A DNA stretch of 63,620 nucleotides, counting the filler, from Octopus bimaculoides (Eukaryota): the NCBI RefSeq assembly GCF_001194135.2. It is 5 parts of 5 records of this genome, joined end to end, with 100 filler letters (N's around TTAATTAATTAA, not from the genome) between each part and the next. Parts side by side here need not be neighbours in the genome. Positions count along the whole stretch, not along the records: positions 19,476 to 40,514 come from NW_026334596.1; 4 more parts are not named here. One strand, 5' to 3'. The position numbers and the translations under genes are program-made. The notes beneath the pieces are model-generated. The model worked only from the letters and a program-made list of their open reading frames with translations, had not been told where the DNA came from and searched no databases. Of this stretch, positions 24,496-37,524 are shown in pieces; within the stretch, counting starts at the first letter, position 1, and each line of letters begins with the position of its first letter.

Positions 24496-24994
24496 ACAAA
24501 CAGCGAGAGAGATAAATATTTCGTTTCTACATTTGCGTCAGAGGAATTTTCTTCATAATGTCATCAGTTGAAATAATCGATACTGGTTATTGGACGAGAA
24601 TCAATTTGCCAATGAAACCACTTCGACCGCTTGCATATACGTTTTTAATTATTCATTTAAATCAATCCGTAATTATTTGACCAAAATATCTCGCTACACA
24701 TCACTGGCTTTCTCAATAACTTCTCGTTATATTTTCACGAGGTGACTACTGAGCAGCTACAAAATCAACAGGATCCAGAGATGCCCCCTTCCGTTACTCC
24801 ATACCCCCCCCCCCACACACGCACACAAATAACGCTCCACGGAGCTGAAAGGCATCAAGATTTCTCGATTATCACTGATTTTCGTCTCACCCTGATATAT
24901 ATATAATGATTTTTTAACACGGTACGTCAATAAAAGATGTCATCTTTGGACAAATACCACAGTAAATTCGCTGTCCAATACTAAACATGATAGT

Positions 24995-25125
24995 TGGTAG
25001 AGTCATGACACATCGAGCAAAATACATAACGGTATTTCATCGGTCTTTACGTTCCGAGTTCAAATTCTGCTGAGGCCAACTTTGCTTTTAGACCCTCCAG
25101 TGTCGACAAAATAAGTACCAGTTGA
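24995..25125 (+). mobile_element. tRNA-SINE (GCCTTTCATCC-core family), diverged
   Basis: gagttcaaattctgctgaggccaactttgc..gtcgacaaaataagtaccagt. Confidence 0.7.
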
Positions 25126-26219
25126 AAACTATACATATAAAAACATAGTAAAAGTAAAAATAATTACTCATTAAAAAAATTAATATGTTTATTTAATTAG
25201 TATATAAAATTATTTTGTAATTCGTAACTGAGAGACTACAATATTCCTTGGTTATTTATTTGCGAAAAAATTTCGAAGTTTGAGGATAATTTGTATGTAA
25301 AAAATATTGAAAATAGAATCATTTTAAAAAAATTATGAACCTAAATGTAATTAATCGTGATAGTACAAGCACTGCTTGGAAGGACGTGGACTAGAATGCA
25401 AAACGTGGGCGTAGATTCCGAGAATATACTTAATGATGCTGGAACAGTACAGAACAAGCGCCAATTTAGCCTGGAAAAATACAAGAGAGGACAAAAAGAC
25501 ACTGAAAATATTTCTGCTGAAGTTAGAATTCGGGAAATGAATTTCTGTAATTTTTCATTAAATGGTGTCAACATTGTTTGTTTTATTATATTCATTTATT
25601 TATTTTTTGCTTTTTACTGCAAAGTTTTGAATTTAAGTTAACATTTTTTTTATTTAAAACCTTCTTTGTATTTCAGCGAAAATATTTCTGTCTGATATTT
25701 AATAATATATTATTTTTCTAATTTTATGTTCTTAACAAATCTCATTATCCCAAAATTTTAAATCACAGATATTGTGTTACAACATCAAATTCATGTAGAA
25801 TCTATGTAATTCAAAAGAGTATAACATAGTAAACAAAACAAAAAATATAGAAACAAAAGAATATTAATTTCCTTACAGTTTCCATTATCTAATAATGAAG
25901 TATTTTCTGTTTACACTTAGAAAAATATTTATAAAAGAAGAAAGCTAACGAACACATTCGGTGTAAACTGTAAAATGGCGCTTTTTTACAAATCTTAGGG
26001 GTTATAATTCTCAATTTTACTTAAATTGCAATTATATGATTGTTTTAATTATATAAAATTATAATATTCAATTTTTAAATTGTAAATTTGGTGGCAATTA
26101 GTCATCACTAAAATTGAAAATAGGTAGATTTTTCAGTATTTTAAATTTTAGTAATAACGAAAAAATATAAAAGGGCATTTATTACTGTAATATTTTGGGA
26201 TGGTCACGGCGGCGAGCTG

Positions 26220-26400
26220 GAGTATGGAGAGTCTCTCGAGGACGAATCGCTTTTTATTTGTATTGAGAGATCACAGATCCGGTTATATGGACTTGCGATT
26301 TTGAATGTTACAGGGAAGAATGAAAAGAGCGATTCTTCAAGCTGAGCCAAATGGTAGGAGACTCAGGGTTAAACCAAGAATGAAATGGTCGGATAACATC
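26220..26400 (+). mobile_element. RTE-type LINE C-terminal fragment
   Basis: IERSQIRLYG then, after a frameshift, RMKRAILQAEPNGRRLRVKPRMKWSDNI, matching the RWxGHVxRM..GxRxRGRPxxRWxD pattern. Confidence 0.65.
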
Positions 26401-26816
26401 CATAGTCCCATAGTTAGAAGTATACAACATGTGTGATCATCAAAACAAAGAAAAGTGTCTACGTGGCAAGTATGTGTGACTGAAGCAGGTACCTCTCTGC
26501 TCAGGGTGTTTATCTCAGGTGCAGGTAATAAGATCGCGTGTCACAACATTTCAAACAAACCAAACCTAAAGAAGAAGAAACAGGTATTTTCCGTACGTCG
26601 TCAAAGCACCACCTGAAGATCACTTTGGCGCTGCTTGGAGCGATATCTTCATCAGAGCCAGATAGGGTGAAGCGTATGGAAACATAAAATTGGTTTTGAA
26701 AAGTAAAGACGGAATGTGAAATCAGAGCGAGTTGCTTCAAATAGACATGCTTGTAGATTGTGGGCAAATTGTATGCAATAGGAAACTGCTATCTTCTTCT
26801 TCTTCTTCTTCTTCTT

Positions 26817-26847
<31 letters not shown>

Positions 26848-27174
26848 GTCGTTCATCAATTTGCTATAATTTTTGACACTTTCATCATTAGCTGCGGAAG
26901 ACAAATAATTCTTTAATTTAAAACTCCATCATTAACAGACGCGCGCCCACCCCCCTAACACTGCCACTACCATCACCATCACCACCTCAATCAACATCAT
27001 CATTGCTTCTCCTGCTGGTGCCTCTGGTGATGGTGGTGGTGCTACTACTACTACTACTACTACTACAATGCTGTAAATAAAAGCAAAAGCTTACCAAGCA
27101 AAAAATTTTCCGTCAACATCGACGATGAGCATTTACTCGCAAATCAGTTTTTGGGGTTATTTCACTATCTCTCT

Positions 27175-27245
<71 letters not shown>

Positions 27246-27449
27246 TTCATTCTCCTTCTCCCCGAATGTTTCCAGTTCCCCATCTTTCCTGTCTGGGAGA
27301 GAAAGGTCTTAGGACTGAAACGTCAAGGCATTTCATTTTTCTTACTACTGCAAAACTAGTATACATTGAAGTCATTGTTCCTTCTTTTTGGTGGTAAACT
27401 GCTGGTGACTTTTACACATACACATATGTACGGTAGTGGTATGGTGGTT

Positions 27450-27905
27450 GTCTAGTCCTTATGCAGAGTTTGACAACCTCCTGTACCTACACCTTAGAAC
27501 CATCATGGCGTCTGATGTGGCTTTTAAATCAGACAATGTTCTGAAAAGACACCTACATAGATTGCGGCTCCGATTTGGACCACCAAGAGCTGCAGATAAG
27601 TTCTGATCTTTGTGGATCTTAAAATGTCTTTTGAGGCCTCCGTTGGATTTGCAAACCTTCAGGCATACATTGCATTCAAATGTGTGCACAGGCATATAGG
27701 CAGAATAATTGGTGGAGGTTCGTTTTCCATGGGTTCGCAGATGTGATTTGAGGCCAGCAAAAGAAAGACATGGTCTGTCACAGATTGTGCACACAAAAAG
27801 GTCATTGTCATTCACTTTCTCGATCGTTACATTCTTCCTTAGAGGAATCGACCTTGGTAATTAATTTTCAAAGCCGGGTACTTGATCTATCTGTCACTTA
27901 TACCG
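27450..27905 (-). mobile_element. RTE-like LINE 3' end encoding three tandem C2H2 zinc fingers (decayed)
   Basis: CTIC-x12-HLRTH, CNVC-x12-HFKIH, and a third finger (C>R)NLC-x12-HIRRH restored by a 1-nt frameshift; upstream RYK*..GFEN..LRK resembles the RTE C-terminus. Confidence 0.7.
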
Positions 27906-27942
27906 AACCAGTAAGCGACGGGAGTGCAAACAAACCAACACA

Positions 27943-28006
<64 letters not shown>

Positions 28007-28631
28007 ACACATATATATATATATATATATAAATACAAGCACATACATACACATATATATATACATAAACACATACATGTATTTTCATAAATATATTCAT
28101 ATATACTTACACACACGCGTACTCATACGCGCACACGCGCACACCACAGACACATATATATAGCAGTGCTACTTCCTGTACACACATGTCTCTTGCGTGG
28201 CTACTCCCAGTCAACACATTATTAAATGAAATTTCGTAGAAAGTAATTACTTACGTGCATTGCTATGAATATCTGCTAAAAGAAGTGAAACCAGTTCGTA
28301 ATTATGCACTCTTGAATATTTAGATATTTATGTAATTTTGTGTTTTGGAGTACTGAATAATGTATTTTCATATGATTGTAACATAAACATGTACCTTGGA
28401 AAACGTAATTCTGAAATGATTTCATTGTAGAAATGTATTTTGTATATGATATGATATTTCGGAATATATATGATAAGATATTTTGAGGTAAATGGATTGT
28501 GATAATCTGGTTTTTAATACATATCATTGGATTTTGAAATGATTTGCTTATCATAATATACTTTCGTATTAACTAACTGCAATGGAAAAAGGAACATCTT
28601 TTTATTAATATTTTTTCCATATCCATGGAGA

Positions 28632-28812
28632 CGAGCTGGCAGAAACATTAGTACGCCGGACGAAATGCTTAGCGGTATTTCGTCTGCCGTTACGTTCTGA
28701 GTTCAAATTCCGCCGAGGTCGACTTTGTCTTTCATCCTTTCGGGGTCGATAAATTAAGTACCAGTTACGCACTGGGGTCGATGTAATCGACTTAATCCGT
28801 TTGTCTGTCCTT
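28632..28812 (+). mobile_element. tRNA-SINE (GCCTTTCATCC-core family), well preserved
   Basis: gagctggcagaaacattagtacgccggacgaaatgcttagcgg..gagttcaaattccgccgaggtcgactttg. Confidence 0.9.
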
Positions 28813-29039
28813 TTTTTTTTTTTGAAAGCTGTAGTTTGAAGAATGAGATAATACGAAGCTGTCGGTTCTCGAGTCACTGCTATAATTTTACGGCTTTAGT
28901 ATGTTCAGTCGCGCACCATAGTTTCACACATATTCACTTACCAGAACAAATCATTCATGAATTAGTGCGCCACTTAACCGCCGAAGATCTCATTACCTCT
29001 GCCTACACCACAACCTAAACTCCACCACTGCCTTCAGTA

Positions 29040-30020
29040 TATATATATACACACGTACACACACACATACACACAGATACACACACATGTACACACACAT
29101 GTACACAAACATGTACACACACATAGACATGCACACACACAAACACACTCAAACATACACACACTTACATACTCAAACACACACACAAACACACACACAC
29201 ACATGCACACACATTCACACATGTAAACGCACATACATACACATATGCGCACACATTCACACACATACATACACACACGCACGCATACACACTCACACGT
29301 ACACACATGTACACACACATACACGTGCACACACACATACACACTCAATTATACACACATATACATACTCAAACACACACACACACACACACACACATGC
29401 ACACACATTCACACATGTACACACACATACATACGCGTATGCGCACACATTCACACACATACACACATACATACATACACACACTCATGCACACTCACAC
29501 ATAAACATACCTACACACACATACACTCACGGACACACGCATACGCACACATACTCAGTCAAACATACACACATGCACACACCGACCACTACCCCGTTTA
29601 TCACCACACACCACTCATCAATTATTATTCACTGTCATCGAGACGACCAGTAACACGACGACGCCGACCACCACCACCACCGCCAAGAGTGCATCGACAT
29701 CAACACCACCGTGGCCACCACCACTAACGTCACCGTCTTGTTCACTGTCACACCTATCCCAAACACTACCATCACCACAACCGCCATTGTCCCACCACAA
29801 ACCCAACCACCCCCACCACCACCGCCACCACCACAGCCACCACCACACCCATCACCATCAACACACCACCACCACCACTACCACCACCACGACAGACAAC
29901 AACTTCACCACCACCCCTACTACTGTAATATGCACTACTAACGACAGCATACACCAACGCCAACACTACCGCCGCTGCCGCCGCCGCCACAACGACAATA
30001 GCAACAAGAAGAACAACACA
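29040..30020. repeat. Degenerate (CA)n then (CAC/ACC)n low-complexity tract
   Basis: Simple-sequence composition. Confidence 0.92.
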
Positions 30021-30359
30021 AAACGCAAACCGATCACAGCGAGATATTCCTGAGTTTGACTTGAAATTTCCAGCAACCGGAAGTGAGGAAGAGTTTAAAA
30101 TTAAATTTCCAAAATACTGTAAAAAAAAAACAAAAAAACAACCCACAAAAGATAATGAAACTATCAATAAAATTGTTATAAAATAATACAAAAGAATAAA
30201 ATATAAATTATGGGAAAAAAAAAATAACAAAAATAGCGATAAAATTAGAAATAAATGAATAACGAATAAAGACATAAATGAAAAGAAAAGTTAAAACAAC
30301 AAAAACAGGCAAAATCACAGCTAATGACATTCATCGGAGACTGAATATTTTAACATCCT

Positions 30360-31017
30360 CACTTTCTCTCCCTTTCTCTCTCTCTCTCCCTCTCTCTTGT
30401 TCTCTTTCGATCTATTTTCTTCTCTCGTTCTCTTTATCTTTGTTTCTCTTTTTCTTCATTCCTTTCTCTGTTTCTCTCTGTCTGGCTATGTCTTCTCTCT
30501 TTCTCTCTCTCTCTCCCTCTCTCTTGTTCTCTTTCGATCTATTTTCTTCTCTCGTTCTCTTTATCTTTCTTTCTCTTTTTCTTCATTCCTTTCTCTGTTT
30601 CTCTCTCTCTCTCTCTCTCTCTCTTTGCTTGTATCTCTTTGTCTCCGTATCCCTCTCGTTCTCTTTCTATTTGCCTCTCCCTTTCATTTCCCCCCATCTT
30701 TCTATTGTTCTCTCTTAATTTCTCTCTATCCCTCTCTCTATCTTCCTCTGTCTATCTTTCTCTCTTTCATTCTGTCTCTATTCATTCCTTTCTTTGTTTC
30801 TCAGTCTGTCCCCCCTCTCTCTCTCTCTCTGTACCTCTATATCTCTGTACCTCTCTCTCCTTCTCTTTCAATCTATTTCCATCTATCGTTCCCTCTCACT
30901 TTCTCGCACTCCGCCTCTCTAACTTTCTCTCTGTCTATCTCTCTTTCATTCACTCTCTTCATTTCTTCCTCCGTTTCTCTCTCTCTATCTCTCTCTGTCT
31001 CTCTCTCTCTCTCTCTG

Positions 31018-31060
<43 letters not shown>

Positions 31061-31521
31061 TTCTCTATATTTCTATCGTCCTCTCTTACTTTCTCTCACT
31101 CCTTCTCTCTCTCTTTCTCTCTTTCATTCTATCTCTCTCTTTATTCCTTTCTCTATCCCTCTCTCTCTTTGTATCACTTTGCCGCTCTCTCTCTCATTAC
31201 TTCTTTCTCTCTCTTCGTATCATGTTGTCTCTTTATCTCTCTCTCTCACTATCTTTCCATATTACTTTCAGCAACTCTCCTACCTCCCTCTCCGTTTCAC
31301 CTTTCATTTTTCTCCATCTCTCTCTCTTTTCTCTCTCTCTTTTCTCTCTCTCTATTCTCTCTCTCTCTCTCTCTCTTTCTTCTCTCTCTCTCTCTTTCTT
31401 CTCTCTCTCTCTCTTTCTTCTCTCTCTCTTCTTATCTCTCTCTCTCTTTCTTCTCTCTCTCTCTTTCTTCTCTCTCTCTTTCTTCTCTCTCTCTCTCTCT
31501 CCGTATCTCTTTGTCTCTGTA

Positions 31522-31562
<41 letters not shown>

Positions 31563-31690
31563 CTCTCTCTCACTATCTCTCTCTCACTCTCTCTCTCTCT
31601 CTTACTCTCTCTCTCCCTCTCTCTCTCCCTCTCTCCCTCTCTCCCTCTCTCCGTCTCACTCTCTCTCTCTCTCTCTGTCCCTTCGTCTTC
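30360..31690. repeat. 1.3-kb degenerate (CT)n polypyrimidine tract with an internal duplication of about 120 bp (near 30385 and 30505)
   Basis: Almost only C/T on the plus strand. Confidence 0.95.
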
Positions 31691-32196
31691 TCTCTCGCCT
31701 CTCAGTGGTTGCAGTAAGATCACAGTATTACAGTGGTAGCTGTCTGGTGTTTCAGGTAATGGTTGCGGACGTAGTAATAGCCAGGACTGCAGTGTATGGG
31801 TGGTAGTAATGTCAGATGTAACCAAGTGTTGAATAGTGATGTGAAGGCGGTAGTAGAAGTAGTGGAACGGACAGAGTGTTACAGTGGTTGTGTTCAGGAA
31901 GTAGTTGTATGAGAGTATGAGTGATGGTGATATAGTGGTGATGTTAGTGATGTTCAGGAGCAAGTAGTGATAGTCAAACGTAGTGATAGTGGAGGAGATA
32001 GCATAATAGTGGTAGGTTAACTGATAGTATTTGTGTAGAGCAGGTAGATGTTATAATTGTCCAGGATGTAGTACTGCTGTATGTGATATTGTACTAATGT
32101 GTAGGACGTAATGCTGTATGTGGTGCAGTAGAGGTGGTTTTCTGGTGGTAAATGAAGTCACTTCATCCATTCTGTGTTTGATTCATTCCATAACCT

Positions 32197-34039
32197 TTGA
32201 CCCACCGCTGCCTCAACCCTTTTCGCCGCCTCAACCTCTCCACCGCCACCGTTTTTACCCTGCCGCCCCCTCAACACATTACCGCTTCTAATCTCCACCA
32301 CCGCCACCACTTCCTATCACTACCCNNNNNNNNNNNNNNNNNNNNNNNNNNNNNNNNNNNNNNNNNNNNNNNNNNNNNNNNNNNNNNNNNNNNNNNNNNN
32401 NNNNNNNNNNNNNNNNNNNNNNNNNNNNNNNNNNNNNNNNNNNNNNNNNNNNNNNNNNNNNNNNNNNNNNNNNNNNNNNNNNNNNNNNNNNNNNNNNNNN
32501 NNNNNNNNNNNNNNNNNNNNNNNNNNNNNNNNNNNNNNNNNNNNNNNNNNNNNNNNNNNNNNNNNNNNNNNNNNNNNNNNNNNNNNNNNNNNNNNNNNNN
32601 NNNNNNNNNNNNNNNNNNNNNNNNNNNNNNNNNNNNNNNNNNNNNNNNNNNNNNNNNNNNNNNNNNNNNNNNNNNNNNNNNNNNNNNNNNNNNNNNNNNN
32701 NNNNNNNNNNNNNNNNNNNNNNNNNNNNNNNNNNNNNNNNNNNNNNNNNNNNNNNNNNNNNNNNNNNNNNNNNNNNNNNNNNNNNNNNNNNNNNNNNNNN
32801 NNNNNNNNNNNNNNNNNNNNNNNNNNNNNNNNNNNNNNNNNNNNNNNNNNNNNNNNNNNNNNNNNNNNNNNNNNNNNNNNNNNNNNNNNNNNNNNNNNNN
32901 NNNNNNNNNNNNNNNNNNNNNNNNNNNNNNNNNNNNNNNNTTCCGTCCCCCTTCTGCCTCACTACTCCACCGCTAACCCCTTTATATGCCTCTGGTTTCT
33001 CCCACCAGCATTTTCACTCGTTTCAGGTTCCACCCTTCCAGTACCTCATTCGCTTGAACTTCCGCTCCACCATCACCCTCATGTGCCGCAACCTCCATTC
33101 CGCTATCGCCTTCATTCGCCTTCACTTCCACCGTTCCCATCGCTTTCATTCGGCCATTGTTTCTACCTCACCACCACCTCCGCTTCCACCCCACCATTAT
33201 CTCCATCCACCGCAACTTCCGCTCCGCCATCATCTCCATTTGCTACTCCATCCATTCCGCGCTCATCTCCAGCCACCACCGCTTCAGCCACGCAGTCGTT
33301 TTAACATCACCCTCATCCATCAACGCCTCCATCTTCCACCACCTTCGCCCTTTCACCGTTTCCATTTTGCCTCTTCCACATACTCCTCCCATCACCACCC
33401 CTTCCACACACACATTCGCCTCATTCCTCCAACCTCTACACCCAACCACCACTTACAATTCACGCCACCACCACATACACTACTGTTTGACAACACCACC
33501 GTTTGTCACCATCGCCGTTTTAAAACCCCGCCTCATCTTCCACCTTAGTGCTGTTTCCATCATCCCTCATGGCCATCGCTGTTTCTCCACCACCACTTCC
33601 TGCCATTCCGCCGCCGCCGCCGCCACCTCTTCTTGTAACCACCAACACCGCCTCTTCAGCTTCACCGCCATCATTTCCGTACCACCACCACCACCACTTC
33701 ACATCTGCCCTTCTGCCCGCCATCCCATCCCCACCTTCTCAACTCCAACACCACCGCTACCACACCACCACTCTTTCGAATCCGCATCCGCCGCTTGCCC
33801 TTCGTCCCAACCACTCCACAAACCCGCTGTAATACGCAACTTTTACTCGGATTTCAGATTCCATCAATAATTTTTACATGATGTCTTTTGTTGTTGTTGC
33901 GATTATTGTTATTATTGCTGCCGTTAATATTGTTATTTTCGAATTGTTTTCATCTCTCGCTATTTTACGCTGTTGTCTTTATTTTTATTATCTCTCTCCT
34001 TCATTTACTTGTTGCTCTTATTACTGTCAGTACTACAAC

Positions 34040-34089
<50 letters not shown>

Positions 34090-34136
34090 GTATTGTTGTT
34101 ATTATTATTATTATTATTATTTCTTTATTATTATTG

Positions 34137-34168
<32 letters not shown>

Positions 34169-34183
34169 TCTTTATTATTATTG

Positions 34184-34217
<34 letters not shown>

Positions 34218-34269
34218 CATTATTATTATTATTATTATTATTATTTCTTCATTATTATTATTGTTGTTG

Positions 34270-34304
<35 letters not shown>

Positions 34305-34450
34305 TCTTTATTATTATTGTTGTTGCTGTTATTATTATTATTATTTCTTTATAATTATTGTTGTTATTACTACTGGAATTTTTATTATTATTTCTTCTTC
34401 TTCTTCTTCTTCTTCTTCTTCTTCTTCTTCTTCTTCTTCTTCTTCTTCTT

Positions 34451-34481
<31 letters not shown>

Positions 34482-35246
34482 TTATTATTATTATTATTAT
34501 TGCTGTTGTTGGTATTATTGTTATTATTATTATTATTACCGTGGCAAACGTTGCTATAATTGTTATTCTTATTTGTTGTTGCTGTTGTGACACTCGGTAT
34601 TGATGTTCATTTTACTGCTCCCGTTGTTGGGAATGTTGTTGTTGTTGTTGTTATTATGGATGTTGTGGTTAATTTCATTGTTCCTGCTGCCGCTTTCTGT
34701 TTGTTTTTTTTCTTCTTAATGTTGTTCATGATACTGCTACTTCTGTTGCTGTTGTTGTTGTTACCGTTGTTTTCGCGCTGTTCTTGCACTCATTCTTCAT
34801 GTCGTTGTTGCTGCTGCTACGTTCGTTCTCATGGCTGTTCCTGACGTTTTTGTTGCAGCTTGCGTTGTTGTTGTTCGTGTTACTGTTCTTCAAGTTTCCT
34901 TCTGTTGTTGTCGCTAGTGGTGGTCGTGGCGTAGTTGTTGTTAGTGGTATTATTATTCCTGTTCCAGTTGTTGCTGCTCATGTTGTTCCTGTCACACGTG
35001 TTGTTGTAGTTGTTGTTGTGATAGATGACTCTGTCTCTCTGCGATTTCTTTGATTTGCCTGTTTCTTCTTTTTTCTTATTTTAATTTTGTTTATTTGTAT
35101 TTTTGTATATTGTGCTTTTGTTTTGTTTTTCTTCCTTTCGGCTTTCGTTTCTTCTTTTCTGATGGATTTTTCACGCCTTTAAAGGACAGAATTGGTTAAA
35201 GATTGCATCTTCTTTTGTGGTTATACATTACTACAAACGGTGGCGC

Positions 35247-35280
<34 letters not shown>

Positions 35281-35450
35281 ATCATCATCATTGTCATCAT
35301 CATCATCATCATCATCCCCACCACCACCACCCTCCTCCTCCTCCTCCTCCTTATCATCATCATCAACAAATCCATCATCACCATCATCATCCTCCTCCTC
35401 CTCATCATCATCATCATCATCGACTTCATCATCATCACCATCATCATCAC

Positions 35451-35493
<43 letters not shown>

Positions 35494-35855
35494 GTCATCA
35501 TCATATCAACTTCTTCATCATCATCATCTTCAACTCCTTAATCAACTTTATCAACATGTTCCGCATCACCACCACCAACATCATCGTCATCATCATCATC
35601 GTCATCATCAGGACTACCACCACAGCCACCACCGCTACCGGCTTCAACATCGTCATCACCACCACCGCGGCCAACACCACCAACATCCATCACAACCATT
35701 AACAAGCCTTTCCATGATGATGATGATCGTCAGCATTCACATTTATCAATACCAAGCAACCCGTCACTATCATCATCGCCATCATCTTCATCATCATTGT
35801 CGCCATTAGCATCAACATCACTACCATTTCTATTATTACCACAACACTGCTACTT

Positions 35856-35904
<49 letters not shown>

Positions 35905-35989
35905 ACTTCATCCACTTCAACCTCCTCTTCCTCCCCTCGAATTCCCCTCCCCCTCCCCTCCTCCTACAACTACTACTGCAAATAGCAAA

Positions 35990-36031
<42 letters not shown>

Positions 36032-36069
36032 TGTAATAATTGTAATAATTGTAATAATAAAAAATGATG

Positions 36070-36115
<46 letters not shown>

Positions 36116-36120
36116 TGATG
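32197..36120. repeat. Mosaic of degenerate trinucleotide microsatellites (CCA, ATT, CTT, GTT, CAT, ACT, AAT), with a gap
   Basis: Successive trinucleotide runs; multiple stops in Q/N-rich frames. Confidence 0.9.
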
Positions 36121-36121
36121 A

Positions 36122-36620
36122 TTTCATTTATTGGCCACAAGGGCGAAGACTGAGGTGGGGGACAATACAGAGGCAAACAAAGAAAAAGAAAAAAAGAAAG
36201 AAGCTATATATGGTATACAGCGAAAAAGAAGGGACATATGCTTAGCATACAGAAATTAAAAAGAAAAACGGAGAGGGTGATAGAGGAGGACCTTGAGGGA
36301 TAATCGAGGAATCCCACCGTCCGATATTTCCCTGGAGCACTAGGAGCAAGCGCCCTCTATAATTCCTTCTCTCCGACTCACAGGTCTGCACATTGTCTTT
36401 CACCCACCTTTCAATGAAGTCACTTGAGCACAGCACGTGCCTCTCCACTTTCAATTTCCTTTTCAAGTGGAAGTTGAAGACGTCAATGAGAACTCTAACC
36501 AAAGAGGAATGTATCTGTTCTCGTGCCTTTCGGCCTTGTCTACCAAACAACATCTTTCGCCACAGCCACAAGGCAAAGGAAAACCGCCTTGGCTGTCCGA
36601 TTGAAGTGGGGCGGTGGGGC
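36122..36620 (-). mobile_element. Tx1/L1-like LINE 3' end (ORF2 C-terminus and 3' UTR)
   Basis: LIDVFNFHLKRKLKVERHVLCSSDFIERWV resembles Tx1-type ORF2 C-termini (from memory); UTR ends gcccttgtggccaataaatgaaat. Confidence 0.65.
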
Positions 36621-36634
36621 AACCATCACTACGG

Positions 36635-36901
36635 ACTCGGCCGAAATTCAAAAGATAGTGCTCATGAGAACTGCCCATATCCTACGTAAAATATTCTCTA
36701 TTTAATCTCAAATTTTAAAACAAACTTATCATGATTTTCTTATGTTCTCTTAAAACATTCTCTAGAACAATACTATCTACAAAACGAAATATATGACACC
36801 CTAGGCAGAACACCAACTTGAACTGATAACTTGCTATTTCTTGAGGCCTCTGGGTGAGACTTGGAGCCAACTTGTAGAAATACAAAGCAAAAGCCAAATA
36901 T

Positions 36902-36903
<2 letters not shown>
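36635..36903 (+). mobile_element. R4/Dong-like REL 3' end followed by (AAT)n
   Basis: EIQKIVLMRTAHILRKIFSI* plus a UTR of about 200 bp. Confidence 0.8.
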
Positions 36904-36953
<50 letters not shown>

Positions 36954-36972
36954 TAATAATAAAAATAAAAAC

Positions 36973-37487
36973 TACAGAAAAAAGGTGGTATAAACACACG
37001 CCAGAAAAGGTCACAGAAAACGAGAAAGCAGCCATACTCTGGGATATGCCAATACACACAGATAGAGAAATTAAGGCAAATAGACCAGATATAGTTGTCA
37101 AAGATCACGAAGGAAAAAAATGCTTTCTAATTGATGTATCAATACCAGCAGATGACAACGTTTCCCTAAAAGAAATGGAGAAACTTTCAAACTACAAAGA
37201 CCTGGAAATAGAGGTAACTCGAATGTGGAATCTAAAAACAGAAACAATTCCTNNNNNNNNNNATAATAAAAAAATATTCAGACAAATACATAACAAAAAT
37301 AGCAGGGCTTACAAATATATATAACATACAGAAAATTGCACTACTGGGCACTGCACACATTCTACGCAAAACACTGTCAATACAGTAACCATAAGAGCAC
37401 CACAGCAAACCACAGCACATACCCAAGGCGCACAGAGCTGCGCTCGGTAGTGAAGTGAAAGCACGCTATAAAAATAAAACTACTGAA
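36973..37487 (+). mobile_element. R4/Dong-like REL 3' fragment flanked on both sides by (AAT)n
   Basis: WYKHTPEKVTENEKAAILWDMPIHTDREIKANRPDIVV..IDVSIP..KEMEKLSNYKDLEIEVTRMW..QKIALLGTAHILRKTLS. Confidence 0.93.
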
Positions 37488-37524
37488 TAATAATAATAAT
37501 AATAATAACAATAATAATAATAAT

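Noticed and set aside
25357-25641. 94-aa ORF and an AWKDV motif suggesting a pogo/Tigger transposase
   Set aside because: The motif is too short, is followed by stops, and no TIR or DDE motif was found.
27459-27815. Host C2H2 zinc-finger gene
   Set aside because: Frameshifted third finger, non-TGEKP linkers, upstream stops and RTE-like context favour a LINE remnant; kept as a mobile element.
30397-31806. 469-aa Ser/Leu-rich ORF and the antisense Glu/Arg-rich ORF
   Set aside because: Translation of a degenerate (CT)n tract, which lacks stop codons by composition.
34600-35050. Gln/Glu/Asn-rich minus-strand stretch resembling a polyQ protein
   Set aside because: The Q-rich frame has many stops; best explained as decayed (CAA)n.
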